Source of the DNA: a virus
Lineage: Duplodnaviria > Caudoviricetes
Direction: 5' to 3' (one strand)
Length of the DNA stretch: 57,535 nucleotides
Virus record (IMG/VR): IMGVR_UViG_3300027741_000074
Coordinates: 1 to 57,535 of that record
Part shown: positions 1 to 9,083 of the stretch, piece by piece
Layout of the letters: each line of letters opens with the position of its first letter
Position numbering within the stretch: position 1 is the first letter of the stretch
The notes under the pieces: model-generated
Seen by the model: the letters and a program-made list of their open reading frames with translations, nothing else
What the model was told of the DNA's origin: nothing
The model's database searches: none
Translations under genes and position numbers: made by a program

Positions 1-1
1 C

Positions 2-121
2 CGTGCAGGCGCGAAAAGCCCCGTAGTTCAGCGAGTTCTGATTGCTTCAAAAACAATTGAGGAGAAGATTATAAAAAAGATGGAGGAAAAACGGTTGACA
101 ATGGATACGTTGCATAAGTAA
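2..121 (+). CDS. C-terminal end of an SNF2-type (SF2) helicase, 5'-truncated by the window
   Basis: Frame 2 reads RAGAKSPVVQRVLIASKTIEEKIIKKMEEK...*, matching the SNF2 C-terminal pattern (motif VI RxG followed by V.V.R....TIEE.I). It lies upstream of the replication genes. Confidence 0.7.
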   Translation, partial: RAGAKSPVVQRVLIASKTIEEKIIKKMEEKRLTMDTLHK

Positions 122-206
122 GTAGAAACAGAACGTATTAAAAAACTATTGACAAGCTGGAGAAAAAACGATTGGCTATGGACACACTTCACAAGAAACC
201 GACACC

Positions 207-1346
207 ATGAACATTGAAACCGTAGACCACTCCGAACGAGCGCATGCTGAGTTCGGCCCATCAAGCCTCAAGTACTACTCCATCTGTGCAGGATACCACG
301 GCAAGGAAGGTAGTAATCCCGCTGCCGAAATGGGCACACGTATCCATGAAGCACTTGAAGTACGCAACCCATCTGCTTTGCAGAGTGACGAAGAGCTAGA
401 GATCTACGAACACCTCCTCAAGGATGAGGAGGAGATCTTCCAGTGCGTTTACGGCGGGACTGAGGGAGTAGCCATTCTTCGTGAGATGCGGCTAACTCTG
501 GATCTTGATGCGAAGACCCCGACCTTCGGGACTTGCGACATCGTCGCCACGGATGGGTTAGTTGCTCTTGTGGCCGACTACAAAACAGGAATCAGCAAGA
601 TCGACCCACCGCGTGAAAACTGGCAAGCAATGGCGTACACCCTTGGCGTGTTCCAAACCTTCCCAGACATCCAGACTGTCCACTTTGCTTTCCTTGTTCC
701 CCGTAATGGGGGTGTGATTAACGGAACCTTTGAGCGCAGCGAGATGGGGACTCTACGCGACCGAATCAGCAAGGTCGTTAGTGCCGCCGAAACGACACGT
801 CCTAAATGGGGCAACAAGACAATTGATCTTGACGACCTTAACCCTTCAGTCAACTGCCGCTTCTGTCAGCACGAAGAACACTGTCCAGCATTAGGTGCAG
901 TTGCCATTGAGGTTGCTCGTCGCTATCGTCCTGATCTTTTGCCTGATGGCCCTATCGCTTCTGGTGAGGTTGAAGATATAGAGACTATCGAGAAACTCTA
1001 CATTGTCGCTAAGATCGTAGAGAACTGGGCAGCAGGCATCAAGTTTAAGGCTACAGGAATGGCTCACGATGGCATCGAGTTTGAAACACTTCGGCTCAAG
1101 TCAATGGGTGCCCTCAAGAAAACCAAAGAGAAAAACTATCTCGCACAGCTTGCAGTACGCCACGGATTAGACTTGACTGAAGTCATTGAAGCTGCCGACT
1201 TGACGCTTAACCAACTCTCTAAGGTCTTGCACGAAAAGGCTCCGAAAGGAAAAAAATCTTTTGTCGTTGACAGCTTTGAAAAAGAAGCTATTGATCTTGG
1301 CATCGTTGAAGTAGGCAAGACGCGATACACACTTTCCTCCAAATGA
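207..1346 (+). CDS. DUF2800 / Cas4-like PD-(D/E)xK exonuclease
   Basis: Motifs HAEFGPSS, GTRIHEALE, GTCD...VADYKTG, WQAMAY and a C-terminal CRFC...CP cluster. Typical position before SSB and PolA. Confidence 0.8.
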   Translation: MNIETVDHSERAHAEFGPSSLKYYSICAGYHGKEGSNPAAEMGTRIHEALEVRNPSALQSDEELEIYEHLLKDEEEIFQCVYGGTEGVAILREMRLTLDLDAKTPTFGTCDIVATDGLVALVADYKTGISKIDPPRENWQAMAYTLGVFQTFPDIQTVHFAFLVPRNGGVINGTFERSEMGTLRDRISKVVSAAETTRPKWGNKTIDLDDLNPSVNCRFCQHEEHCPALGAVAIEVARRYRPDLLPDGPIASGEVEDIETIEKLYIVAKIVENWAAGIKFKATGMAHDGIEFETLRLKSMGALKKTKEKNYLAQLAVRHGLDLTEVIEAADLTLNQLSKVLHEKAPKGKKSFVVDSFEKEAIDLGIVEVGKTRYTLSSK

Positions 1347-1420
1347 GGTAATCGGGAGTTATGGTTGTCCCCGCTAGTAAGCATACGCAACAACCAATCG
1401 TAAACCAGAAAACAGAAACC

Positions 1421-2083
1421 ATGAGTAGTAAAAAAGAAAGCACTGATGTGCAAGTAGTAGAAACCGAAACATTGGCGGTCGCGCCAATCAACAATAGCCT
1501 TGCGTTCTCTACGCAAGACATCGACTACCCTCGACTTAACGTCATCCAAAAGATGTCGGAGATCAAGGGACCAATCGGAGCAGTGGTCATTGACCAAGAC
1601 TCCGTGTTGCTTGAAGCTGAACAAAAAGCTCAAGTCATTGTGGTAGGAGCGATTAAGAAGTGGAAGGAGAACGTGCCGTTCGGCGAAGACTATATCCCAA
1701 AGATTGTGTCTTCAGAGTCGGAAGCTAAGGACATTGCGTCTGATAGCAACTACGAAGTAATCGAGTTTGCTGAAATCATTCTCCTGATCCCACAGACAGG
1801 AGACGACGACAGCCTATTCCCCTACCCAATCGGAGATACCAACTACCAGATTGGTCGTATCACCGTTCAGAAGGATGCGTATCGCTTGACCTACAAGCGT
1901 CTATTCACCTTCCAGACGTTCAATCCCGCAATCTCAGTTGCTTCCCGCTTCTGGAACTTCGGTACTGAACTTATGTCGAAAGGCAAGTATAGCTGGTATG
2001 TGCCAACGCTTGCCATCACGAAGAACGAAGTACCTGCTGAAGCGATTGAATTTGCTAACCGCGCAAAGAAAGGATCAAACTAA
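1421..2083 (+). CDS. Putative ssDNA-binding/annealing protein
   Basis: Lies between the DUF2800 nuclease and PolA. Contains PRLNVIQKMS and aromatic KYSWYVP segments seen in phage SSB-like proteins. Start moved to ATG 1421 (A-rich leader). Confidence 0.5.
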   Translation: MSSKKESTDVQVVETETLAVAPINNSLAFSTQDIDYPRLNVIQKMSEIKGPIGAVVIDQDSVLLEAEQKAQVIVVGAIKKWKENVPFGEDYIPKIVSSESEAKDIASDSNYEVIEFAEIILLIPQTGDDDSLFPYPIGDTNYQIGRITVQKDAYRLTYKRLFTFQTFNPAISVASRFWNFGTELMSKGKYSWYVPTLAITKNEVPAEAIEFANRAKKGSN

Positions 2084-2316
2084 TGGAAGCTCTACCTAAT
2101 CCACTGTCGATCCTCAAGCGTGAAGCCGATTCAATTCGTGCAGTCCTGAAGACTATTGATGAAAACATCAAAGGGTTGAACAACCAGATTGAGGAAGTTC
2201 AATTCCAGAAGTCTTCGCTGCAACTCGTTATTCAAGCAATTGACAACGAGATGGATCGAATCCGCATCGCAAACCCAATTGTTGAACAGTTGGATTTTGA
2301 ACTAGACCCTGAGTAA
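2083..2316 (+). CDS. Hypothetical coiled-coil protein
   Basis: 77 aa, heptad-rich; TAATG coupling to the upstream gene. Confidence 0.6.
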   Translation: MEALPNPLSILKREADSIRAVLKTIDENIKGLNNQIEEVQFQKSSLQLVIQAIDNEMDRIRIANPIVEQLDFELDPE

Positions 2317-2325
2317 CACTACACC

Positions 2326-2366
2326 AACCTCACACGCTACACTGAATGAGTGTAGCGTGTGAGGTT
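2326..2366. repeat. Perfect 18-bp inverted repeat upstream of the DNA polymerase gene
   Basis: AACCTCACACGCTACACT-gaatg-AGTGTAGCGTGTGAGGTT. Confidence 0.85.
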
Positions 2367-2387
2367 CCTTTATGCCCACATACTAAA

Positions 2388-4160
2388 ATGAAAACTTACG
2401 CCCTCGATTGGGAGTCTTACTACGATGGAGAATGCTCCATCACAACCCTTGGCCCTAGAGGATATTTTTCTCATCCTCAGTTCGATGCCTACATGATAAC
2501 TATTGCTGGAGATGACGGGTTCCGTTTCGCTGGACATCCCGACGATTTTGACTTTTCGATACTTACGGGCAATCGTGTGTTGTCCCACAACGCATCGTTC
2601 GACGAAAGCCTCTACCTATACGGTGTGGAGGTGGGCTGGTTCAAGTCGTGCAGTCCTGCTGAATGGCATTGCACCGCTGACATGACAGCATTCTTAGGTC
2701 TGCCGCGTTCCCTCAAGAACGCTACGGCATCGGTCTTCGGTACTGAGATCACGAAGACCACTCGTGACAACATGAAGGGCAAGCAGTGGGATGGCATGAC
2801 CGACGACTTCAAGAAAGAGGTCACGGAGTATGCGATTAAGGACGCTGAACTCTGCTTGAGATTATGGCAAGAGTTGTCAGACAGATGGTCTGAGACCGAA
2901 CGTAAGATCAGTCACCTGAACCGAAAGGTAGGTCAGCGCGGCTTGCCAATTGACACTGATCTGTTGCAGAAGAATCTAAGCCAAATCAAAACAGAACTAT
3001 TTGAGGCAGAGCAAAGCATCCCGTGGATCGCAGACTATACTCCGTTATCACGCAAAGCATTTAACGAACAGTGCCGCAAGCAAGGGATTGAACCGCCAGC
3101 ATCACTCGCACAAGATAGCGATGAAGCTGACAAGTGGTTCGCCGCCCACCAGCAAGCCTGTCCTTGGGCGCGTGCTGTGCAAAGCTACCGCCGCATCAAC
3201 GCGTTTCTTCGTAAGCTAGAGGCTTTCGATGCAGGCACAATGCCAGACGGCAGGTACTATGGCGGTCTCATGTATTGCGGTGCAAACCCTACGGCTCGCT
3301 TTAGCGGTAGTGGCGGTAACCTGAACCTTCAGAATTTGCCTCGTGATCCTATGTTCGGCGTGAACTTCCGCCATATGATCAAGCCAAAAGAGGGCTACAA
3401 GCTGATCGTAGCTGACCTTTCGCAGATCGAAGTACGTACGCTTTGCTGGCTGGCAAAGGACCAAAAAGCCCTTGATCTTATCCGTGAGTCTGAAGACATC
3501 TACCACGCATTCGGTGTATTGTTAGGCTTGCATGATCCTGCTAACGGACAACTTAGAGACTTCAGTAAGGAGCTAAGACAGAAGGTCAAGTCAATAATTT
3601 TGGGCTGTGGATTCGGGATGGGACCAAACAAGTTCTCAGCATTCAGCAATATGCCGATGGCAGAAGCTGAGATAGCGGTCAAGACCTATCGTGATAGGAT
3701 GTCGTCTGTCGTCAAGTACTGGCGTAGTCTTGATCAGGATATGGCAATGGCTTATACCTTAGGTGAGCCGTTTGAGTTGGAGCTTCCTTCTGGCAGGTCA
3801 ATGCGCTACGGCACGTTAAAGCGGATGAAAGAGTTGGGGCAAACCAACCGCTTCCGCTATATCGGCAAGCTAGTCCGTAACGGGCAGATGAGAGACTTCG
3901 CCATCTGGGGCGGCGTGCTTACCGAAAATATGTCTCAAGCATTAGCACGAGATATTTTCTCCGACATGATGTTACGGGTTGACGCTGCTGGTTATCCTGT
4001 AATCCTCCACGTACACGATGAAATGGTCTGCGAGGTTCCTGAAGAAAACGCAGAGCAAGCACTCGCTGACATCCTCGGAATCATGCACACAGCACCGTCA
4101 TGGATTCCCGATATTCCAGTTGCCGCTGAAGGGCACATCTTAGATCTCTACTCCAAATGA
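2388..4160 (+). CDS. polA: Family A DNA polymerase with 3'-5' exonuclease
   Basis: ExoI DWESY, ExoII HNASFD, ExoIII YAIKD, motif A DLSQIEVR, motif B RQKVKSIILGCGFG, motif C HVHDE. Start moved to ATG 2388. Confidence 0.95.
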   Translation: MKTYALDWESYYDGECSITTLGPRGYFSHPQFDAYMITIAGDDGFRFAGHPDDFDFSILTGNRVLSHNASFDESLYLYGVEVGWFKSCSPAEWHCTADMTAFLGLPRSLKNATASVFGTEITKTTRDNMKGKQWDGMTDDFKKEVTEYAIKDAELCLRLWQELSDRWSETERKISHLNRKVGQRGLPIDTDLLQKNLSQIKTELFEAEQSIPWIADYTPLSRKAFNEQCRKQGIEPPASLAQDSDEADKWFAAHQQACPWARAVQSYRRINAFLRKLEAFDAGTMPDGRYYGGLMYCGANPTARFSGSGGNLNLQNLPRDPMFGVNFRHMIKPKEGYKLIVADLSQIEVRTLCWLAKDQKALDLIRESEDIYHAFGVLLGLHDPANGQLRDFSKELRQKVKSIILGCGFGMGPNKFSAFSNMPMAEAEIAVKTYRDRMSSVVKYWRSLDQDMAMAYTLGEPFELELPSGRSMRYGTLKRMKELGQTNRFRYIGKLVRNGQMRDFAIWGGVLTENMSQALARDIFSDMMLRVDAAGYPVILHVHDEMVCEVPEENAEQALADILGIMHTAPSWIPDIPVAAEGHILDLYSK

Positions 4161-6316
4161 AATACCGCTACCTCAAAAACAACCGTGCTGTCGCCACGTC
4201 ATCAACCGACGATCTATCCGTACTCAACTACAAGTGCCCGACTTTCGCTAACAAAGCGGAGTATCGGGAGTGGTGTGCGAAGGATACTACTGACCATTGC
4301 TTCTATTCGATGTCGGAGGGCGATGCGCCTTCTGCTCGCGTTAGCACTGACAATCCTGTTAATAAGCTACACGGCTTTGTTGCAGACTTCGACGACGTTC
4401 CTGTAGATTGGGACAACGTAGATCAGATCCTGAAGACCCGCTGTGACGGCACCCCAATGCCAACATGGAGATCCAAGACTTATTCGGGCTTCATCCGATT
4501 GGTATGGGAGTTCGACTCGCCGTTGCCTATCGCCGCTGATCTTGCACCTGCTTTCCTAAAGCGGTTGTGTGATGCGCTGAAAGCCTCAATGCTCTTAGGG
4601 GGGTTCGACAAGACCAGCCTCAAGCCTTCTCAGTACTTTGAGATAGGCACGAACTGGACTAAGATCGGAGACCAGATACCGATTAGCTTCGCCCGTACTA
4701 TCCTACTCAAGTCGGCAAACGATACGCCGATCAAGACTTCGGATACCAACGTGCCGCTCGACGAGATTGCTGCTGAAGTACTCAGTCGCTTCCCTAATCG
4801 CTGGAAGGGCGAGTTTGTAATCGGTGCAAGGGGTCCGTTGTTCTGGATCGACGACGGCATTGATCGTGACGGTTGTCAGGTGCGGGAGGACGGCATGATC
4901 TGCTACTCGGATCGTGCAGGTAAAGGGTTTGCGTCATGGCGTGAGATCTTAGGCAAGCAGTTCCTTGACAAGTTTGAGGAGAAGAAGTTGTCCAATCTCA
5001 TTGACCAGTATTGGTTCAACGGCAAGAGCTACTACAAGATCTTAGGTGGTGGGCCTGTAGCAATCCCGAAGGACCAGCTTATTCTGGAACTCCGTAAGGT
5101 TGGCTTCAGCCCCAGACCTAAGAAGAACCAGCCGATCTCTGAGATTGAGCAGGCAATCTTGTCCATCTCAAACGACTGCCGTGTGGAAGAAGTCGCGCCT
5201 GTCGTGTTTTCTAAGGATCGAGTGGTGAGCTTCAACGGTCGCAAGATTCTCAACAACTGTAGGGCAACGCCTATCCAGCCTGCTGACAACGGCGATCCTG
5301 CAAACTGGCCGTGGATTCATCAGTTCGTTATCCCGTTCTTCGCAGACGATGACAAAGGTAATTCAACGCTGCCGTATTTCCTCGCATGGTATCAACGCTT
5401 GTACGCGGCAATCTTGAATCACCGACTCGATCAAGGGCAACTGTTCATCCTCTTAGGACCAACGGGCCACGGCAAGACGCTACTGACAAACAAGATTATT
5501 GGTGCATCAGTCGGCGGATTTAGTGACGCTTCGGACTACCTGTCAGGCAAGACGAACTTCAACCGTGACCTTTGTGGATCTGCCGCATGGGTTATTGACG
5601 ACCAGACCGCTGCTGCAACTTACGCCGATCAGCGCAAGTTTGTCGAACTTACGAAGCGTTGCGTCGCCAATCCACGGCTTGAGTATCATGCAAAGTACGC
5701 TGATGCTATCCCGCTTCCGTGGTCTGGTAGAGTGATGATGTCCTTGAATCTCGATGCGAACTCCCTTGCGGCACTGCCATCTTTGGATAGTAGCAACCGA
5801 GACAAGATCATCGCACTTCGTATCAATGCAGGGCACAAGGTAAAGTTCGGCTCCAACGAGTTTGTGGAGAACACCATCGCCACTGAGTTGCCCTTCTTCT
5901 TGAGGTGGCTACTGGATTGGCAAGCACCGTTAGAGGTGAAGGATTCCAGTCGGTTTGGCGTAAAGACCTACATCGACTCGTTTATTGAAGCGGCAGCTTA
6001 CGATAATAGCTCACGTTCAGCAATTGCTGAAATGGTGGAATTCTTTGCGAAGAAGGTGCGTGACCATACCGACAAGCCAAAGTGGAGGGGTACGCTCACT
6101 GAGTTTACCGTTGTGCTCCATGATGCAAACGGCGGTCGCAGTGTCGGCAACAGCAATAACCTTGAGTTCGTCCGTCGCGGCATGACCGTGCTTGAAGAAG
6201 TTAGCAAGCACAACAAGACCATCCGTCCTGTACGAAGCAGAGGCGATGGGGGCGGTAAGGTTTGGGAGATTGACTTATCGAAAGACTTCGATATTGACAA
6301 AGGGGGGGACTTCTAA
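4157..6316 (+). CDS. Primase-helicase (AEP/prim-pol-like N-terminus, SF3-type helicase C-terminus)
   Basis: N-terminal VADFDD and SKTYSG...RLVW; Walker A GPTGHGKT; Walker B WVIDD; motif-C-like MSLN. ATGA overlap with polA. Confidence 0.8.
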   Translation: MKYRYLKNNRAVATSSTDDLSVLNYKCPTFANKAEYREWCAKDTTDHCFYSMSEGDAPSARVSTDNPVNKLHGFVADFDDVPVDWDNVDQILKTRCDGTPMPTWRSKTYSGFIRLVWEFDSPLPIAADLAPAFLKRLCDALKASMLLGGFDKTSLKPSQYFEIGTNWTKIGDQIPISFARTILLKSANDTPIKTSDTNVPLDEIAAEVLSRFPNRWKGEFVIGARGPLFWIDDGIDRDGCQVREDGMICYSDRAGKGFASWREILGKQFLDKFEEKKLSNLIDQYWFNGKSYYKILGGGPVAIPKDQLILELRKVGFSPRPKKNQPISEIEQAILSISNDCRVEEVAPVVFSKDRVVSFNGRKILNNCRATPIQPADNGDPANWPWIHQFVIPFFADDDKGNSTLPYFLAWYQRLYAAILNHRLDQGQLFILLGPTGHGKTLLTNKIIGASVGGFSDASDYLSGKTNFNRDLCGSAAWVIDDQTAAATYADQRKFVELTKRCVANPRLEYHAKYADAIPLPWSGRVMMSLNLDANSLAALPSLDSSNRDKIIALRINAGHKVKFGSNEFVENTIATELPFFLRWLLDWQAPLEVKDSSRFGVKTYIDSFIEAAAYDNSSRSAIAEMVEFFAKKVRDHTDKPKWRGTLTEFTVVLHDANGGRSVGNSNNLEFVRRGMTVLEEVSKHNKTIRPVRSRGDGGGKVWEIDLSKDFDIDKGGDF

Positions 6317-6840
6317 ATCCCCAACCGCTTCTTCGTCACCTTAACCGTTGGCGCGTGAAGTTCTGAAATAGGCAACGTGAACTCGTCGGCAAAGGAAAGT
6401 TTTCCATCGTTCGGGTCCACGTTGCCTTTTGGTAGGAAGAGGGCACGCTCAATGAACTCACGAGCAGGCAACCAGCCGACAATCGTCGCTAAGGTCAATT
6501 GTTGGTTACACCTAACGAAATAGTAAACATTACATTTGCTACACAGCTTTTCCTTGTCATCCTCACTACCGTACACACGAGCGACATAATGGGCTTGCGG
6601 GACGGCTGCTGCCTTAGTGGTCTTGACATCGACGGTAACGCCATTAGGAAGAATGAGATCGTAGGCAAAGCAGGTCGCACCGACGCGATCACCTCCAATC
6701 AGTTCCTGAACGAGTACCTCGCCCATCATACCGATCTCGTTGCCCCCGCCTCGCGAAAAAGAATTACGCAAAACACCCATCTGTTTTGAATCAGCGCGTG
6801 CAACTTTGCGTTGCGCGTCTGAAGGCTTAACAATTTTCAT
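6313..6840 (-). CDS. PD-(D/E)xK endonuclease-like protein
   Basis: GMMGEVLV...YDLIL...VDVKT restriction-endonuclease-fold pattern. Confidence 0.55.
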   Translation of the reverse strand: MKIVKPSDAQRKVARADSKQMGVLRNSFSRGGGNEIGMMGEVLVQELIGGDRVGATCFAYDLILPNGVTVDVKTTKAAAVPQAHYVARVYGSEDDKEKLCSKCNVYYFVRCNQQLTLATIVGWLPAREFIERALFLPKGNVDPNDGKLSFADEFTLPISELHAPTVKVTKKRLGI

Positions 6841-7781
6841 TAGTAGATTTGGAACATACGACTCTGCATACCTGTTCCGTATGGGTCGATGTTGAGGCGA
6901 GGAACCGCTGCCCCCCTACTGGAATTAGCTTCCTCTTCCATTAAGAGCATACACTGATTCCAGTGGTACTGAGCGCGTTCGATGTCAGCGTTGTCTTCCA
7001 TCAAACTGCCTAAGAGTCCTTGCTTAATCGCGCCAATGTTTCCAACGTACACGATGTCATTATCATTCTGAAGCAATTGGAATTTACGTTTGCAAAGAAC
7101 GTGTACTACCGTTTTTCCATCGACTGATCCGTTGATGCGGAAACGACGATAGCGAGTTACTCCGCTGTCAGGCCCGATGGTTGCGATTGTAGTATCTGCG
7201 TCATTGGCTGTCGTGCGTAAATCAAACATCCCGTTAAACGCGTCAAATTGAATGCTGACGATACTCGTAATAGGAGTGCTAAAGGTGATACGGAATGGGG
7301 ACGTGGCTAGAGTACCAGTATAAAACTGATCTCCATCACTTCCTACTACAGTAATGTTGCTACCATCAGTGTCGGAAAAAGTACGCACGACGCTTGATCC
7401 AGATGCGGATACAATGAATAGAGTAGAGACGGCGGCATCAAAGAGTTGTTTCGTCGGCGCATATCCAGCATCAATCAGACCCCATTGGATCGTCGGATTG
7501 ACAGATAAGTTGCCAATCCCAATTGATTTGAAGTCGTGCCATAGCGAACGGACAGGGACAGGAAAGCCGTCAACCATCGTGTGCAATATAGAGTCAGCAT
7601 CATCTGGCAGCGTGATGCAACCGTCAACAACAGGCAGGCTGTACTGCACGGTGAGGTCACGGTAGATCCCCATGTTGTAAATGCGTGCCAAAACCTGATT
7701 AAGGCTTAGCCTGAAATCGGCTTCAGGCTCGACGTATTTGTCGAGCATCGGCGCAAGTTGATTTAAGGTATAAGCAGGCAT
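6840..7781 (-). CDS. Putative tail tubular / head-tail adaptor protein
   Basis: 313 aa in the structural block. LNQVLARIY...GCITLP N-terminus and helical AQYHWNQCMLLMEEE C-terminus resemble podovirus adaptor proteins. Confidence 0.45.
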   Translation of the reverse strand: MPAYTLNQLAPMLDKYVEPEADFRLSLNQVLARIYNMGIYRDLTVQYSLPVVDGCITLPDDADSILHTMVDGFPVPVRSLWHDFKSIGIGNLSVNPTIQWGLIDAGYAPTKQLFDAAVSTLFIVSASGSSVVRTFSDTDGSNITVVGSDGDQFYTGTLATSPFRITFSTPITSIVSIQFDAFNGMFDLRTTANDADTTIATIGPDSGVTRYRRFRINGSVDGKTVVHVLCKRKFQLLQNDNDIVYVGNIGAIKQGLLGSLMEDNADIERAQYHWNQCMLLMEEEANSSRGAAVPRLNIDPYGTGMQSRMFQIY

Positions 7782-7784
7782 CAA

Positions 7785-7919
7785 TTATTTCTTTGCGACT
7801 TTGACCTTGCCCGTATGCAACTCGCCTTTAAGTTTCGTCTGTTCCTTACTGGTCAAGGGCGAAACTTTTGAAAGGAGATAGGCAACTTGCTTTTTTGATT
7901 TGGTTGTCGGAGCAGGCAT
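7785..7919 (-). CDS. Small basic protein (44 aa, MPAPTTKSKKQVAYLLSKVSPL...)
   Basis: Translated by hand (below the ORF-track cutoff). Has its own promoter-like element 6 nt upstream and its stop abuts the next gene. Confidence 0.65.
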   Translation of the reverse strand: MPAPTTKSKKQVAYLLSKVSPLTSKEQTKLKGELHTGKVKVAKK

Positions 7920-7925
7920 AAGGCG

Positions 7926-7954
7926 AGATTATTGGGTTAGTTGGGTAAAGTCAA
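7926..7954 (-). promoter_or_regulatory. sigma70-like promoter TTGACT-N17-TAATCT
   Basis: Read on the - strand; ATG 7919 is 6 nt after the -10 box. Confidence 0.6.
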
Positions 7955-7969
7955 GTCAATAAAAGGTTT

Positions 7970-8590
7970 CTACGCGACGGGATATTGAGTCTCCAAGATC
8001 GTAAATACTTCGGTGCTTCCCACCCAGTTAGCCTCTGCGTATATACTGTTCACTCGTACTGTAATCTGGTTCATAGATACCTCTATTCTTGAATTAGGAA
8101 ACCCACCACCAAAATATGCATAGAACTCGTCGTTATACATAAAAAAGCTAAGGCCCAAAAATGTGCCGAGAGGGGTACGCAAGTAAAAGTCACCGTAACC
8201 TTCAAAGCTTGAGTATGTAACATCTATAGACCACCCGAATAAAGTCTCAAAATATACGTCCTCGACAGGTATGTAAATACAGCTAGTTCTAGGGCGTATC
8301 ATGCCGCCTTGAATCTCTATAGCACCAACGTCTTTTTGAGTGAGCGACGTAGTAGCCGTGCCTGTAGCGACTAATATGCCCCCCTCAGGATCGCCTTGAA
8401 ACTGTTGTGCATTTGAAATAGACAGCTTTTTTACATTGTATAGCCAGTTACCAGCTATTTGTGGCGTGATCTTAACAATAGCTGGACTAGCTAAATACTC
8501 TTCAAAGGTGTTATCCCCATATCCAAAATTGTAAAATGGTGCTGTTGAATACCCACTGCCCTTAGGAGCCATTAAGCAAAAGTCGGACAT
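7970..8590 (-). CDS. Hypothetical structural/tail protein
   Basis: 206-aa ORF coupled to the upstream gene in the tail block. Confidence 0.55.
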   Translation of the reverse strand: MSDFCLMAPKGSGYSTAPFYNFGYGDNTFEEYLASPAIVKITPQIAGNWLYNVKKLSISNAQQFQGDPEGGILVATGTATTSLTQKDVGAIEIQGGMIRPRTSCIYIPVEDVYFETLFGWSIDVTYSSFEGYGDFYLRTPLGTFLGLSFFMYNDEFYAYFGGGFPNSRIEVSMNQITVRVNSIYAEANWVGSTEVFTILETQYPVA

Positions 8591-9078
8591 CAGTCTAAAG
8601 GCTTAAAGGCAAAGTCAGTTGTCAAAACAATCGTGCCTACTACACCGTCCTTCCAACAATAAAACTCTGTCGCAAATTTTGTAACACGAGACGGCTTATC
8701 GGGCATCGGCGCAGGCGGGACGACAGGAAATTTTTTCCTTACTTCCCTATCAGGCTTATCGGGATTTAGGTTTGACGGTGGGGCTTTACGTCTTTGGGTT
8801 TGCTCTTTTTCAAACTCATCAATACTACGCTTAACATCTTCCGCGTTTTGAGCACCCTTTTTAATAGCAACGTCAGTAAGTATCTCATCCGTTGACTTAC
8901 GTGCTGTATCGACACCGTTCTCCGCAGCCAGATCCTTAGCCGCCTGTCGGTTGGTTCTAGGCGCGTAGTTGCCGTTGACGAGTCTGTTGTTGGATAAGTA
9001 CTCGCCGTTCAACGGCCTGCCGTTAGATGAGTCAGCGTTGCCGTCGTACGGGCCTCTTTGAATAAAGGGTTCGTCCAT
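8590..9078 (-). CDS. Hypothetical protein
   Basis: 162-aa ORF, tightly packed in the tail operon. Confidence 0.55.
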   Translation of the reverse strand: MDEPFIQRGPYDGNADSSNGRPLNGEYLSNNRLVNGNYAPRTNRQAAKDLAAENGVDTARKSTDEILTDVAIKKGAQNAEDVKRSIDEFEKEQTQRRKAPPSNLNPDKPDREVRKKFPVVPPAPMPDKPSRVTKFATEFYCWKDGVVGTIVLTTDFAFKPLD

Positions 9079-9083
9079 AAGTA

